Shown: positions 48,439 to 62,370 of the stretch, one piece after another | Numbering within the stretch: position 1 is the stretch's first letter | Layout: every line of letters begins with the position of its first letter | NCBI GenBank assembly: GCA_051294905.1 | Contig: CM119372.1 | Coordinates: 10,232,001 to 10,296,000, forward strand | DNA from: Botryllus schlosseri | Taxonomy: Eukaryota | Length of the DNA: 64,000 bases | Direction of reading: 5' to 3' | Notes under the pieces: generated by a model | What the model saw: only the letters and a program-made list of their open reading frames with translations | Told to the model about the DNA's origin: nothing | Databases searched by the model: none | Program-made: the position numbers and the translations under genes

Positions 48439-49776
48439 CAGTGGTTCCCAACCTTTTTTGGCTCATCGCCCCCTTTTCAAACTCCACGCCGATCATCGCC
48501 CCCCAAATATGGGGAACCGAAGAATGGGCATACAGACTGAAATCACCGGCGAGTTGACTAAGAAAAAAGGTCAACTTTTCGGCTCGACCGCAAAATTTCA
48601 CTTTCCCAGCTAAATTTTGGTGAGCTGAGTAACAAAAAAGGTGATTTCTCCGACTTGATTCCAAAAGGACCATAACAGCACTTCGTCAGCCCCCAATACG
48701 TTGGTCTTGACCCCCCCCCCTCCATAGGGCGATAAAGCAAACTTCTGCACCCCTCATACCCAACTCCCCCGATACCTCTTCACCGCTACTTCTCAGCACA
48801 AATTGTTGGACTCATTAGTTAGTCGGCTTAATTCGTGCGAAGCGCGAAAAATTTCCATCGGTATGATTGAATCGGTCAATATGATCGGGAATTGCATATA
48901 TATTTCTATCAATTTCTTATCCTCTCTCTGCTCATGTATTCAGATTTACCGGTAAAGCTGAGTTAGGTGTCTTGGAAAATGTAGGGCCCGTAAATAATAA
49001 TTTAACATATTCGGGCGAACCCGTGGGTATAATGACTTCGTTACGTAATGACATTTTGTGGCCTGTCTGCTATGCCAAAAGATATTCAAATCGCCCATAC
49101 GTACTAAACTAAAAGATTCACACGAGTTGAAATTGGTATGTCTGCACAGGCAATTAATTTTTCTCTGCGAGATGGCATAATTTTGTGGGGTTCTGATTGC
49201 CAGGACAGGAACATTTGGCGCCAGCCATTTAGGCGCATATATACAATTAAATATATATGTCTATCGTATATATATCGAAGTCGGTCAGCATAAAGGCAGG
49301 CCTTTTCCCTAAGGTTTTCGCGTTCTGGCCCACTTCTCGGAGTCGCATGTTACATGGCCTGAGACTATACATATCTCTTGGTGCGACATGGTGTGACTGA
49401 TGCCGAGATGCCCATTTATATAACTCATGCATATTATTTCTTGGAGGAAGGGTATCCAATAAGTAAGAAATATGAGACCAAGAAAAGGCGCGCAGCGCGG
49501 AATTTTTTTGAAAAAGTTGCCTAAATTTCCACAATAATTATTGTTAATTCACGAAAGAATTGTGGGCCTCCTTCGATCTCGGGCCCCCATCCCAATTGGG
49601 GTTTGGGTGTGGCAGTTACGGTCATGGACGCCAATATAGCCATTTCAACGCGCCATCGCCCCCTATCGCCCCCTTCGTCCGTTTTCGCCCCCCTATCGCC
49701 CCCTTGGCTATTTTCGCCCCCCTGGACCGACAAATCGCCCCCCGGGGGGCGATATCGCCCACGTTGGGAACCACTG
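48439..49776. mobile_element. Charlie-like non-autonomous hAT element carrying other repeat fragments
   Basis: TIR CAGTGGTTCCCAAC...GTTGGGAACCACTG; perfect TSD GACTACAC; subterminal tcgccccc repeats. Confidence 0.93.
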
Positions 49777-49988
49777 GACTACACAAATATTTGCATGACA
49801 ACGCATGATCTTGAGATTTCTCCTAGCTAGCATTCATGAATATTCTTGTTTGCAATACATTTGATTACATTCCAAAACATACTTGTGCTTTATTGCTTGC
49901 GACACGTCAAAATGAGGTAAAATGTGCATTATGGCTGTATTAAGTAAGTTCAACCTTATAAATTTGCGACACGAGATAGCGAAGTTAT

Positions 49989-52269
49989 TGGGGCGTGTTC
50001 GGCCTATGATGCCATTCAGACATTATATCTGGGGCGTGTCGGCCTGAGTTGACACTCAGACATCGTGTCTGCGGCGAGTTCGGACATCATGTCTGGGGTG
50101 TGTTCGGCCTGTGCTGCCAATCGGACATCGTGTCTGGGGCATGTTCGGCCATTCAAACATGGTGTCTCGGCTGTGTTCGGACATTGTGTCTGCGGCGACT
50201 TCGGACATCATGTCTGGGATGTGGTCGGCCTATGATGCCATTCACACATTATGTCTGGGGTGTGTTCGGCCTGTGATGCCATTCGGACATGATGTCTCGG
50301 GCGTGTTCGGCCTGTATTGATACCCGGACATCGTATCTGGGGCGTGTTCGGACATCATGTCTGGGATGTGTTCGGACTGGGTTAGCAGCACTAGAAAGTC
50401 GTGCCTGGTACTGTAACTGACTTTATAGTGAATATAGCGACTATCCTTATTTCTGACATGACTATCCTCATTTCTGACATGACTATCCTCATTCCAAACA
50501 TGAGACTATCCTTATTTCAAACATGACTATCCCTATATCAAACATGGCTATCCTTATTTCTAACATGACTATCCTTATTTCAAACACTAGACTGACCTTA
50601 TTTCAAACACGGCCAACCTTATTAACATCGTGTCTGGGGGGTGTTGGGACTGTGTTGCCAATAGCACATCGTGTCTGGGGCGTTCCGACACCATGTATGG
50701 GTTGTGTTCGGCCTGTGCTGCCAATCGGACATCGTGTCTGGGGCATGCTCGGCCATTCAAGCATGGTGTCTGGGTTGTTTTCGGATCTGAGTTGACACTC
50801 GGACATCGTGTCTGGGGCGTGTTCGGTCCGTGTTGCCATTCGGACATGGTGTCTTGGGCGTGTTCGGCCTGTGTTGATACTTGGACATCGTGTCTGGGGT
50901 GTGTTCGGCCTGTGTTGCCATTCGGACATGGTGTCTTGGGCGTGTTCGGCCCGTGTTGATACCCGGACTTCGTATCTGGGGCGTATTCGGACATCATGTC
51001 TGGGGTGTTATCGGCCTGTGTTGCCATTCGGACATGGTGTCTTGGGCGTGTTCGGCCTGTGTTGATACCCGGGCATCGTATCTGGGGCGTGTTTGGACAT
51101 CATGTCTGGGGTGTGTTCGGCCTGTGCTGCCAATCGGACATCGTGTCTGGGGCATGTTCGGCCATTCAAACATGGTGTCTCGGCTGTGTTCGGACATTGT
51201 GTCTGCGGCCTATGATGCCATTCACACATTATGTCTGGGGTGTGTTCGGCCTGTGCTGCCATTCGGACATGGTGTCTTGGGTGTGTTCGGCCGTGTTGAT
51301 ACCCGGACAACGTATCTGGGGCGTGTTCGGACATCATGTCTGGGGGGGGGGGGTGTTCGGCCTGTACTGCCATTCACACATGATGTCTAGGGCGTGTTCG
51401 GCCTGTGTTGATACCCGGACATCGTATCTGGGGCGTGTTTGGACATCATGTCTGTGGTGTGTTCGGCCTGTGCTGCCAATCGGACATCGTGTCTGGGGCA
51501 TGTTCGGCCATTCAAGCATGGTGTCTGGGTTGTTTTCGGATCTGAGCTGCCATTCGGACATGGTGTCTTGGGTGTGTTCGGCCGTGTTGATACCCGGACA
51601 ACGTATCTGGGGCGTGTTCGGACATCATGTCTGGGGGGGGGGGGGTGTTCGGCCTGTACTGCCATTCACACATGATGTCTAGGGCGTGTTCGGCCTGTGT
51701 TGATACCCGGACATCGTATCTGGGGCGTGTTTGGACATCATGTCTGTGGTGTGTTCGGCCTGTGCTGCCAATCGGACATCGTGTCTGGGACATGTTCGGC
51801 CATTCGAGCATGGTGTCTGGGTTGTTTTCGGATCTGAGTTGACACTCGGACATCGTGTCTGGGGCGTGTTCGGTCCGTGTTGCCATTCGGACATGGTGTC
51901 TTTTGGGCGTGTTCGGCCCGTGTTGATACCCGGACATCGTATCTGGGGCGTGTTCAGACATCATGTCTGGGGTGTTTTCGGCCTGTGTTGCCATTCGGAC
52001 ATGGTGTCTTGGGCGTGTTCGGCCTGTGTTGATACCCGGACATCGTGTCTGGGGCGTGTTTGGACAGCATGTCTGGGATGTGTTCGGACTGGGTTAGCAG
52101 CACTAGAAAGTCGTGCCTGGTACTGTAACTGACTTTATAGTGAATATAGCGACTATCCTTATTTCTGACATGACTATCCTCATTTCTGACATGACTATCC
52201 TCATTTCTGACATAAGACTCACCTCATTTCTAACATATTTGTCCTTATTTCAAACCAATCGAACCAACC
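49989..52269 (-). repeat. Right arm: inverted copy of the same complex minisatellite
   Basis: Reverse-complement units (ggacatcatgtctggggcgtgttc; actatcctcatttctgacatg). Two modules with 21-bp domains at ~50440-50600 and ~52150-52250. Confidence 0.95.
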
Positions 52270-52531
52270 CTGTAGAGGAAAGGTCATTTTAATGGATCTG
52301 ATATGGGGAAATCCCGCTCCTGAGAAAAGTATTCCGAAGGAGGGTTCATCTACTTGTGGATAGAGGCACTGTCGGCGATATCGCAACTGCCTGGACTGCA
52401 CCCACCCGCAGTGCCAAGTTTGCTTAGTCTGAACAAGGTAACATAATTTAAATCCTAAAAATATGCACAATTGCACATCCTGAATTCCTGATACATATCA
52501 ATGTTTTTGACACGAGTGATGTGTTGTGATG

Positions 52532-52930
52532 CGGGGGAGATAGTGTAGTTACGATAAGCGCCCACCAAGCAGACGGACTGGGTTGGATTCCCGTCGGAGG
52601 TTTATCTGGTCTCCTCTTCCCCTGCCGTTGCCGTTCTTACGGCGACAAAAAAGCCCAGAAAAAGACCCGACGAAGAAAGCACTCACGTGGAATGGAAAGA
52701 ACTCGTAGAAAAGGGCCGCGGCTCGGATTCGATTTCCGCCGTCGGAGGTTATTCTAGACGGCGACAAAAAAAGTCCAGAAAAAAAATACAATGAAGATAG
52801 AAAAAGAGCAAGAAATAGCTTCTAAAAAGGACCGACGAAGAAAGAATAACAACGAAGAAGACTGTGACATTACATCGCATAGTGTATCTTGTACATTGTG
52901 AGCGTGTCTTGGGCATATGAAAATATAATC
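52532..52930 (+). mobile_element. tRNA-derived SINE, family B, with internal partial duplication
   Basis: acgataagcgcc...gggttggattcccgtcggagg...cttacggcgacaaaaaagcccagaaaaagacccg; same body as the 20966-21430 copy. Confidence 0.72.
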
Positions 52931-53147
52931 TGTCCATCGGTTGATGGATGGATTGAAGTCCAGAATTTTAGTCGTAGGCCTACTTCCCACGAAATAGATA
53001 TGGAATGACCACGAAAGTTTCGGTCAATATAATATATGCGAGTTGAGTATGGTTCCTTCCGCACCATAGTTTTGCCCATATCGCATGTTTTTGTTTCTTC
53101 ACATTAAATAGGGCTCAACAAACCCCTTGGAACTATCGTGTCGTGAG

Positions 53148-53466
53148 TAGGGCTGGGCAAAATCGAGTACCTGAGTGATTCGATTCTGAATCACGGATAC
53201 TCGTCGAGTGGAGTCGAGTATTCGAGTATCACTTATTATGACGTCACAACAGAATGCACTATGTTAAAGTTCAAATGTGTACCTTTTACGCCACCACAAA
53301 GAACATAATGCCTGTTATCCGTCATTTTGGTATTTTTTCGACCATACCGATTTCATTGAACTTCTTGACAATGTTGTGGGATGATCATGACTTCGGAAAT
53401 GTGTTATTTCCAGTAACGTTTTCGCAGCTTTGTACTATGTCTCATATCCTGCGACACGACCAATCA
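53148..53466. mobile_element. Truncated copy of the 6209-6641 MITE family
   Basis: Starts TAGGGCTGGGCAAAATCGAGTACCTGAG and follows the reverse complement of ~6310-6641. Confidence 0.8.
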
Positions 53467-53653
53467 TGGTAGCACTGTTCAAAAGACCGCTCTATCAAAC
53501 ATGTCGGGCCTGAATGGTGGAACAAGTATATCGCCGCGGCTATCCGACACTCGTCGGGCATGTTCAGGTCCGCATTCAAGTCGAAATACAAGCAATTTAT
53601 AGTGAATGTGTAATAGTTATGCCATGTCGATTTCGTCTTCCGTCACATATACC

Positions 53654-54954
53654 CAGGCCGTGTTAATTTTGGCATATGCCAAAACTGCCAAAATAACTTA
53701 TTTTTGGCATTTTTCGATTTTTATTTTTGGCAGTTTTGGCATCGTCCTCTAAATAGATAGTTTCAGACTCGAATTAGTCACAAAAGCGCTTTATTTGGGC
53801 CAGTTTGTCAAAAGACACCACAGAATGTGCAGTATCCACGTATAATCAGTACCAATACAAACAATAAGAAAAAACCTAACGATTTCATAGGTTAATAATA
53901 TAAAACGAAACCACAAAATGTGCAGTATCCATCGGAATCGGTGCCAATAAGCAAAAAAAGAAAGAAAGCCTAACAAACACGCTCAACACCTGATTGTTAC
54001 AGCTGTTGAATAGACTTAAATCGTTTGCACTGACAGTGCTTCCAAACTCGGGTCAGCTAAGTTTCTCTAAATTCATTTCTTCATTCAACGAATCTGGGAA
54101 ATATTGGCTTCAGCAATAGCCGTTGAGGGAAAGAATGTTGCCAGTCATCCCCAAAAGGTTTTCAGAGCTTCAAAATCTTTGGAGGGCCGAACCGGCTTCC
54201 ATGCCTCATGAAAAGAGATCACTTTGCCAGTGTCATCGATCTCATCGCGGAAAGAATTTTCTTCCCGATACTTTTCCAGGAGTTTCCTGTGTTGTCTCTC
54301 AACACATTCTATTTAGTAGCCCGAGTATCGCATCTCCTTCAGTCTACCGAGATATTTTCGGAGGACTTTTGTCACTTCAGGTGGCTTTAATACTAACAAC
54401 TCGCATGGAAGAGTCCTGGGAAGGTTAGCTTGACGCAACAAGACTGTCTGGCAAAACGAGACTATGCAGCTCAGAAATAGCCAGACAGTTTGTTGCGTCA
54501 CAATGTTCAACTCGACCACAATGCAAAAATCGTGGTTGATTTTGGGGGTTCCAGTTCCATGAGCAGAATATAATTTATATTTTAATAATCAGTACAGCGG
54601 CAGCTTCTCATTGATACCCGTTTTATCAAATTTAGCGCTCGGCAAGCCGGTCAAAAATGGTCGTAAAATTGCCTTTGGACAAATGGAAAGTATGACGTAA
54701 ACCAAATGCAGTCAGCCGTTCAATCTCGCTCGCATTTAGGACACCATGCTTTCGCCCCTAATGGGTGGGCTGGACCCAGATTAAGAAACCTGCCTTTCAC
54801 ACACGCTCTTCTCGCTTGTAACGCGGTCCTGTTAACACAACACCATGACCGAAATAAACTATTTGGCAGGCCGTGTTATTTTTGGCATTTTCAAATTTTT
54901 ATTTTTGGCAGTTTTGGCATCTGGCTCCTGAAATGCCAAAAATAACACGACCTG
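53654..54954. mobile_element. Non-autonomous hAT element
   Basis: TIR CAGGCCGTGTTA...TAACACGACCTG; perfect TSD CATATACC; subterminal tttggca repeats. Confidence 0.9.
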
Positions 54955-55476
54955 CATATACCCCTTCATTTTGTCGCTTGTCCTTTTATATCATATCTTC
55001 TTTTACTTTTCATTCAGTGTGCATGCCTCTTTTTTACTTCGCCTAGTCCCTAGCGGGTGTTCGATTTCGAGTTCCGACAGCTTCCTATATTTTCAATGTA
55101 TCGCAATCTTATGGTTTTTTGAAATGATGAAATTGTTAATCCACTGAGACTGTAATATCCTAATCTGGAAACAGTGGTCGTTTGACTTTTGAACATTTTT
55201 ACACCCTGTTTGAGCAGTTGAATATTTCTGGACAAAAGATAGGGAATATATTTTCCGCTTTTTAAAAATATATTTGTAATTCGTTTCATTTCACACGGTA
55301 TCTTTACTTTGAGTTCTTCATAGTCTGAAACACTTGCATGTTTACTGTAGTATTGCCTTTAAATGACATTTTCACGATCAACCAACGCATTTGAACAAAT
55401 AGAAATGCAAGTTGTGAAAAAATCAAGTGGCCACAGCTAAATATTGACGAATTTCGCATTTTGAGTAACCACTGTT

Positions 55477-56099
55477 CAGTGTTCAGTGGCGGCTCGTGAC
55501 AATATCGGGTGGTGGGGCAAGGGGTGCACGCGATTTTTATTGTCTAAATGACGTCACAATAGTGTATTCCGATGAGAAAATGCGACTTCGTGGTTGTAAC
55601 ACCCAGTTTGTGAGGTGTATAGAGATTAGGCATTTCAAATTATTCGGAAGAAAATATGAAGTACAGTAGTTCATCTGCATACTTTAACGATTGTATCAGT
55701 AAGCGTATTGCGTGCGGCGTGATTTCATAGTTGTAGAATGTTCAATGACGAGTTCAAATCTGGAATACCCATAATAACAACGCTGAGAATCCTGAGCAAA
55801 TCTAACGCATCGAGCCTATATCTTTACACATCCCGTTTATAAAAAAAGTCTCGATGCGTTTTAATGTGCTGAAACCACGCTGGATTCTAGGGATGAAATC
55901 GGGGTGGTCAATATAATATTCAAAAAGCTAGTTACTGCAGCAGAGTCGATAGAAAGCGATTTTTCAACTGTAGGAATTTTGAAAGTTCACGGTTACTTCT
56001 TTGGAAAAAGATGTATTGGAATATAAGCCAGTCAACTCTAGCCGAGTAATTTCGACCATCGGGTAATGCCCCAGTTGCCCATACGACGAGCCACCACTG
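55477..56099. mobile_element. hAT (Tip100-like) MITE
   Basis: TIR CAGTGGCGGCTCGT (55484)...ACGAGCCACCACTG; TSD CCACTGTT at 55469-55476 and 56100-56107. Confidence 0.8.
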
Positions 56100-59000
56100 C
56101 CACTGTTAGCCTATTTCGGCAAAGCGTGCTAAGATGGTTTAAAAGCGCAAATAAAGGTCCAATGATTAGTTTCAATGTTAACGGTAACATCGTGATATTT
56201 CTTGAATTAGGCTAGGTGAAGGTTTCTCTACTCCCAACGACTAAAAATCACATATGCTTTTGAATTCGTTACTCTATGCAATGAGGGTCAGGTTTATATT
56301 TTTGCAACCAAATTGCAGTCGTAATATTGTACCCGCATTTAACATTACCATGGTGAAAAATATATTTCGAGGTTATATGCCACCAGCTCAACCGTATACA
56401 GTATACACTGAGGTGGTCAATAACCAAGTACTTCTACTTTTTCGAAGTACCCAAGTAACCTTCTTGCACTACACTTACTAAAGTGGTTATGATTTTACAC
56501 TACTGTACTGCAACTTCTTCACGGTTTTCGTTTTATAAGTAGGCCTACTTGTAAATCATCACTTCTACATGTACGTGTAGAGTTACTTCTACTTGTACTC
56601 GTGTACCAACGATTATTACTTTGAACAACTTTGAGTATAAACCAGTACGGTAATCATGTAGTATGGTACATTCTTATCCACCCGTGTACAATCCCTGATA
56701 TACGGGTTTGAATATACAGTATACACCCATGGTCAAACCAGAACTTACCTCACACGTATGCCACGGTATAAATCGAGTACAACATTTAATCCAAATTATG
56801 CATGCACGTAGGAAGTAGAAAGGTGCGCATTACGCACGCATCTTTTCGCTAAGAGTGTCCCCATAACGGATATAATATCGCATGAAGTGTTGAGTGATTA
56901 TGCACATTCTCTTCCGTTACGAAGGAAATGATAATCAATGCGGATTCCGCCTGCACAAACTTACAATTTGCGCTCTTTAAACAATTCAGAATTCTCACAA
57001 TGAGAATGTGAGCGACAGTCAATCCCACCACAAACAATATTGGATATCGGCATGGATTCGGCGGAAGAATCCAACCAGCATCAGCGATTATTTTCATTTC
57101 ACGAAGAATACCAGAATATCTACGACGAGGTTGGTCACATTATATTAGGAATAACGCAATCTCGAGTGTCGAGTTTCCGGTATGCGAACCTTCGTAATTT
57201 ATAACATAACACTCGCAAAGGAACCATCGGGAATGCTCGATTTATCCAGGGATATCTAGATATCCCTGGGTTCATCAGTATAATAAATCTTATCTTTGAA
57301 CTACAAACTCGGCAGAAATGTTTTCATATTTGTTCATAATTATTTTCATTATTGCTCGCTATATCATGCCCGCACAATGAAGAAAGATTGACCATGAATG
57401 CTAAAAACTCTCCACCGTTTTCCTAACTAAAAGAATTATTGCACGTGCATTTGCTTTTTCAGTAATGTATTGTGGTGCATGTATTCGTGCTGTAGTTCGG
57501 CGATATACTCAGGTCGGACATATGGGTATAACGTTTATTTTCATCGCGGCATAGCAATTGGTAATAAGAGAGCCAAATTGCGCATTACAATGACACACAT
57601 TAGGTAAGTGCCGTCAATTTTAGTCATTTTCTCTGACCCGACATCAAAGAGCTATGCTTCCACCTCTGTTTGCTCTCGTCTCACATGGTTCAAGATTTCG
57701 GAATATACTGTGGTGCGTTTTCACTGCAGTCTTTCGAGAGGATAATGGTTTCAGCGTCGATAGCGTAGTAAATGGGACTTCATCCGCTACGAAGACATAG
57801 TTATAGCATTCAAATGTTATGGAAACTATTCGTTTTCATTGCAAACACCCTGATGGTTGTTCTTTCTACTGGTTTTTTTTTGTTAAGCGGGCGGGGTGCG
57901 ACATGTTTACTATCAATCGGGGTGCGTCTCAAACTGTAAACATACTATGGCCCATGGCCCAGACTTCGGAATCAGGCCTATAATATTCAAGAGCAGCGAA
58001 AGCACGACATTGCCTATGTGCATGTGGACGCGAAGTACACTTGTTTCGCGACTTAATGATTTTACGAAACGAGTCCGTTCTGCACGGCAGACCATCAAAG
58101 AGCGTTGAATATTGCAGGGTTTCCAGTTTATCATATTTTAGCCGGTATACAGACCAAAAACACTGCAGCAACGTAACTTTATGCTAACTCTATGCTTTAT
58201 GCTATGTTATTCATATTCATGATGGGGCACGTTACATTGATTTACGGATCTCCATTAAACGCGGATTGTATGCGAATAGCGGTTTGATTCCGAAAAATAG
58301 TTCGCGAAAGTGATAGAACTTGATTATACGCACGATCTACTGATCTAACGTTATATAGAGCGTCCACAGGGAATTCACGGATGCCTTCGTACAATTCTTC
58401 GCGACAGAATCCCTTTTCAATTCGTCGTGCAACGCGCGCATGCGACGAACGGTAATGGCTAAATTCCACCTAATTTTACCATCAGTAAACATGCGACGGA
58501 GAAGTATGTCACTTGATTGAACATTTCGGCGAGAATATCGTGGTGACGTGCAGATAATTACTACAGAAATAGCCTGAGATCAGACCGGCAAGATTCGATC
58601 AATATCCAGTCTGCTAACAGGAAAACAGACGCGAAAGAAACTGTATTGATCAGAATATGTCAGGATTTACCCGAGATAATTCGATTTTGCTCTTAATGCA
58701 TGCTGTTGTACAACAAGCGTTAGTTCAGTGTACTAGTTCATGAAATTGTGAGACATCGTCAACTACGAATTTCATTTCACGAACACCAATAAGTGTTTGC
58801 GATGATTTCCTGCTTCCACGATTTGATGTTTCCTGCGCACATGCAATGTAGCAGATGCACAGAAATCCGTGTCATTTCTCGTTTACCGAGCCTATAGTTC
58901 TATATACCCGGGCCTGACTTCAATGTGTGTTACATACCGTATCGCTCCCATGGGTAATATCCCGACAGGGGAATCGAGCGCTTGTTCTCATTGACAACAC

Positions 59001-61416
59001 TGAAAAGGGCAGAGCATCTATCTATGACTTTCTGTGAGACTGAATTGCATCACCTATTAAGACCATTGTCTTCATAATTTATTTCGACCTACAGAACTGC
59101 GAATACATGCCGATAACTACAGCAGCATTTCAGGGCAGGATGCATGTCCCGCTGCTGGTGACCAGATATTGTAAGCATGCGCTATTACTCATCAAATAAT
59201 ATTGTTTATCGTTTGTGTTGTTGTTCATGTTCACCACCGAGCTAAGCATTGCACAGCCAGACTGTTTAGAGTCAAGTGTACCTGTTTGATGCTGGTGTGA
59301 TCAGACTAGATGACCCTCACGGTCTTATCGATCATTCCTATCTAATACCGAATACTGTGCATGCATATTTTCTGTACCACCACCACTGCCGAGTGTTATG
59401 TATTTTGGTTTGATGAAAAATAAAGACTCTCTCTCTCTCTCTCTCATTGACTAGTATGCCCTATTAAAAGAACTGACATGCTTTCCCCAAAAACTAAGCA
59501 AATCTGTATCAGCTCCCACACTCATCGGCATGGATCCAAAAATACGAACAGTCGAAAAATTCCCAAGTCATTATGTGCATCGAAGTAGCGTAACTGTGAA
59601 ATTCGGGGATCTGTCGCCGCTGACTAGAATTAAATGTCAGTACTCGTTGCAAGTTGAGTTGCATTGTTAATATTCGTATCACCGCTGTAGCTATTGTGAC
59701 CTATGATGAGAACTGAAAATAAGACTGAACAAGGACGCAATCCCAAATAAGAACAAATCTAATAAATAAGAACAAGACATATTTATAAGACATCGCCTTG
59801 CAAACTACAGGCAAATCATAAAGATAAGACGATGATGACAAAGCTGCCCAATGCTCATGCGTGGCAAGATTATTCTTTCTGCCAAACTGCGTCTTTTTGT
59901 ATATTCTGTATTGTACGTAAGCTATTATAAGAACAAAATGATTTATTCCAAACATACTTCTTAAACCTCTGAATTGTTATCAATCTCACCAACGTACTCG
60001 CCACAGACGCCATACTATACCTAGTTGTATACTCCCATATTATATATTATCAGTAATCGAGTAGAATCACCGTGGAGGGTGGTGCGTATTTTAACCGCTG
60101 TTGTGCAATGTGCAGTGCATGTGTGCTCGTGGGGCTATTCTTGAGGCTTGCACTGAGGCCGCACGTACATGTTATCGCGTACGACATCAACAGAATCAAG
60201 GAAGTTCCGTAGGCTGTAGGCCTAGTTGTTTTAATCGTGACAACTGCCTATTGCCGCCCAAAGTTGTAGTCGTTAATCTCTGTTCATAAGACAGTGCATA
60301 GTCATAGTCAGTTGTATGTTCATTATTTCCGTCACAGGTATAATACTCCTTGATGGTAATATTTTATAAAACTGCAATGCATATATAAACCTTGCTGGAT
60401 CATTAACTGACGCTGGCGCGTAGTTACACCTGAATGTTGCGAATTGATTTCATTGCATTGGCGTACATCAGGAAGGCGTGTGCCAATTTGGCAGCATACT
60501 AGCAAGCAATGGAGCGTTTCGATGCGATGAATGGCAATATTTTATTTGTCCTAATAAGTTGTAGAAATGTTGATATATGATGGAATCCAAATAAATGTAA
60601 GCCGTCCTTCTTTTTTTCGATCATTTTTAGAGCTCTGTCTGGTTGTAAGCCTATCTATGGTTTGTTCAAATTGCGCGTATAGTGTATTGAGCGGTGTATA
60701 GATTACGCCCATAGTGGCGGCAATCTTATAACGACAATTCTGCAATAAATCGATAATCGTGGAATAAAGTCATCGGTAGATATGGAATTTCCCCCTCGTG
60801 GTCACAACGACGAGCAAGCCATCGAACTAGTTGAATTGAAAAGTGACGGACGTCCTTACGAAGAGGTAACGGTTTATTTGTAATATTCAACCCTTCTTAA
60901 CGTTGATATTTCACTTATGCGACGTCACTGCATCTCATATTTGTGAGATTGTTGGTATGATGCTTCCGTTAGACGTTATTGTTTGGTTTTCACGGTGATT
61001 CGACATCAAAGACCATTGGTCATTTTCCATGCTGATAACATCTTTTATAAATCCTGAGTGAGCTCCGGAGTACGGACGTTTGTAGGATTCCGCGTGAGCA
61101 TGACAGGGCAGGACGTTTTATTTTTGTCCTAGCTGTTTTGACAATGTATGGCGATGAGGAGCCTTGATAACACCGTTAGGCGTCAGTAGAAGGCCTATGC
61201 GGATTGCTGATTGCTCAGTCAGTAAGTAGAGTCTCCATATCAATTGTGCGAGTCGCCTACGAGACGAGAGAGATTGTCGTACTGTTATAATTTAATACAA
61301 TAAGGCTAAAACGGCACTCTAGTTAATTTAACATTGCGTATCTCCTCATCGGCGGAAGTAAGTGCGTTTACCACACAGTCACATGTGCAAAATTGCACAT
61401 TGCTCGCATTGTCAAA

Positions 61417-61489
61417 TTCCGCAGGCAGAACTCGTTGCTTCCGCAGGCAGAACTCGTTACTTCCGCAGGCAGAACTCGCTACTTCCGCA
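61417..61489 (+). repeat. Short tandem repeat, ~21-22 bp x3
   Basis: ttccgcaggcagaactcgtt(g/a)c repeated three times plus a partial unit. Confidence 0.9.
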
Positions 61490-61647
61490 TGCTTTCACTC
61501 ATTTGTTTCTGGCTTGTTCCTTGTTGTTTTGACATTCATGGTGTTTCGACTTGCGAAAAATTGTCATTTACACCAAGCCGATATCTCTTATTGTGATCAT
61601 GATCCCAGATGTCCCGACGTGTCGCACGGCCCACCTTCGTTCTAAGG

Positions 61648-62370
61648 CAGGGGGAACCTTTTCGACCAGAGGGCCACGCGAGATTTACGAACCGTTGCGC
61701 GGGCCACTTGAATGTAATGACTTTTTTCAGTCGCCTGATAGGAGTTAACCGGATAAAGTATAACGGTGAAAGCAAAACTTGTAGGCCTACTAGTACGCAA
61801 AAAAATTGATAACAGTCGTGTCATGAAAACTCCGTGTGTATTCATGTCCTAGCCGCGCAAAGCGAGAAATTTGTTCAAAGTTAATGAATGAATTCGATCA
61901 ATTATATTGTTACTTGCATATATTGAGGGTCACCTCTGTATACCGTTGGACTCATCTGGTAAGGGCAGGATTATTCGGCGCTTGGAGATTTCAATATCGA
62001 AGATTTCGGCAAACATGAGGTATCACATTGCCTATGATCCTTATGCAAGTGCTGGGGCGAAGTCGCATGGTGGACGACACGTCATCTCATAATTGCGAAT
62101 ATATAGTTAGACTCAATTTTGTAAATTGAACTTATTTTTTATTTTTTATTTCCAGGAGGGATACAAACACTAAAATCAAGAAATCAAGCGACGTTAAATC
62201 ACGCGAAGTGCTAAAAAATATTAAGTCAAATAAATCTGTCACGAAATATTCCACTCTACGCTCGTATACGGAGATCTACGAAAAATGTGACTGGCCGCTG
62301 GCTACGCCAGTGCGTCGGAACCGATATTTTATCCATCAACATCCCAAATTTCGCGGCCAGGCTAATCAAA
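61648..62370 (+). repeat. Dispersed repeat, second copy of 31850-32575
   Basis: Direct similarity over ~700 bp; starts with Charlie-like CAGGGGGAACCTTTT...GAGGGCCAC. Confidence 0.8.

Larger units (their letters stand above)
42095..52269. mobile_element. ~10-kb foldback-like element with modular minisatellite inverted arms
   Basis: The left end ggttggttcgattggtttgaaataaggacaaatatgttagaaatgagg matches the reverse complement of the right end ...tatttcaaaccaatcgaaccaacc. Both arms have the same two-module architecture in opposite orientation. Confidence 0.75.

Noticed and set aside
50049..52132. Mirror set of repetitive ORFs
   Set aside because: Same artefact in the inverted arm.
54030..54530. 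Transposase remnant inside the 53654-54954 element
   Set aside because: Only a faint resemblance (SENLLGMTGNILS) to the hAT C-terminal motif; too weak to call by eye.
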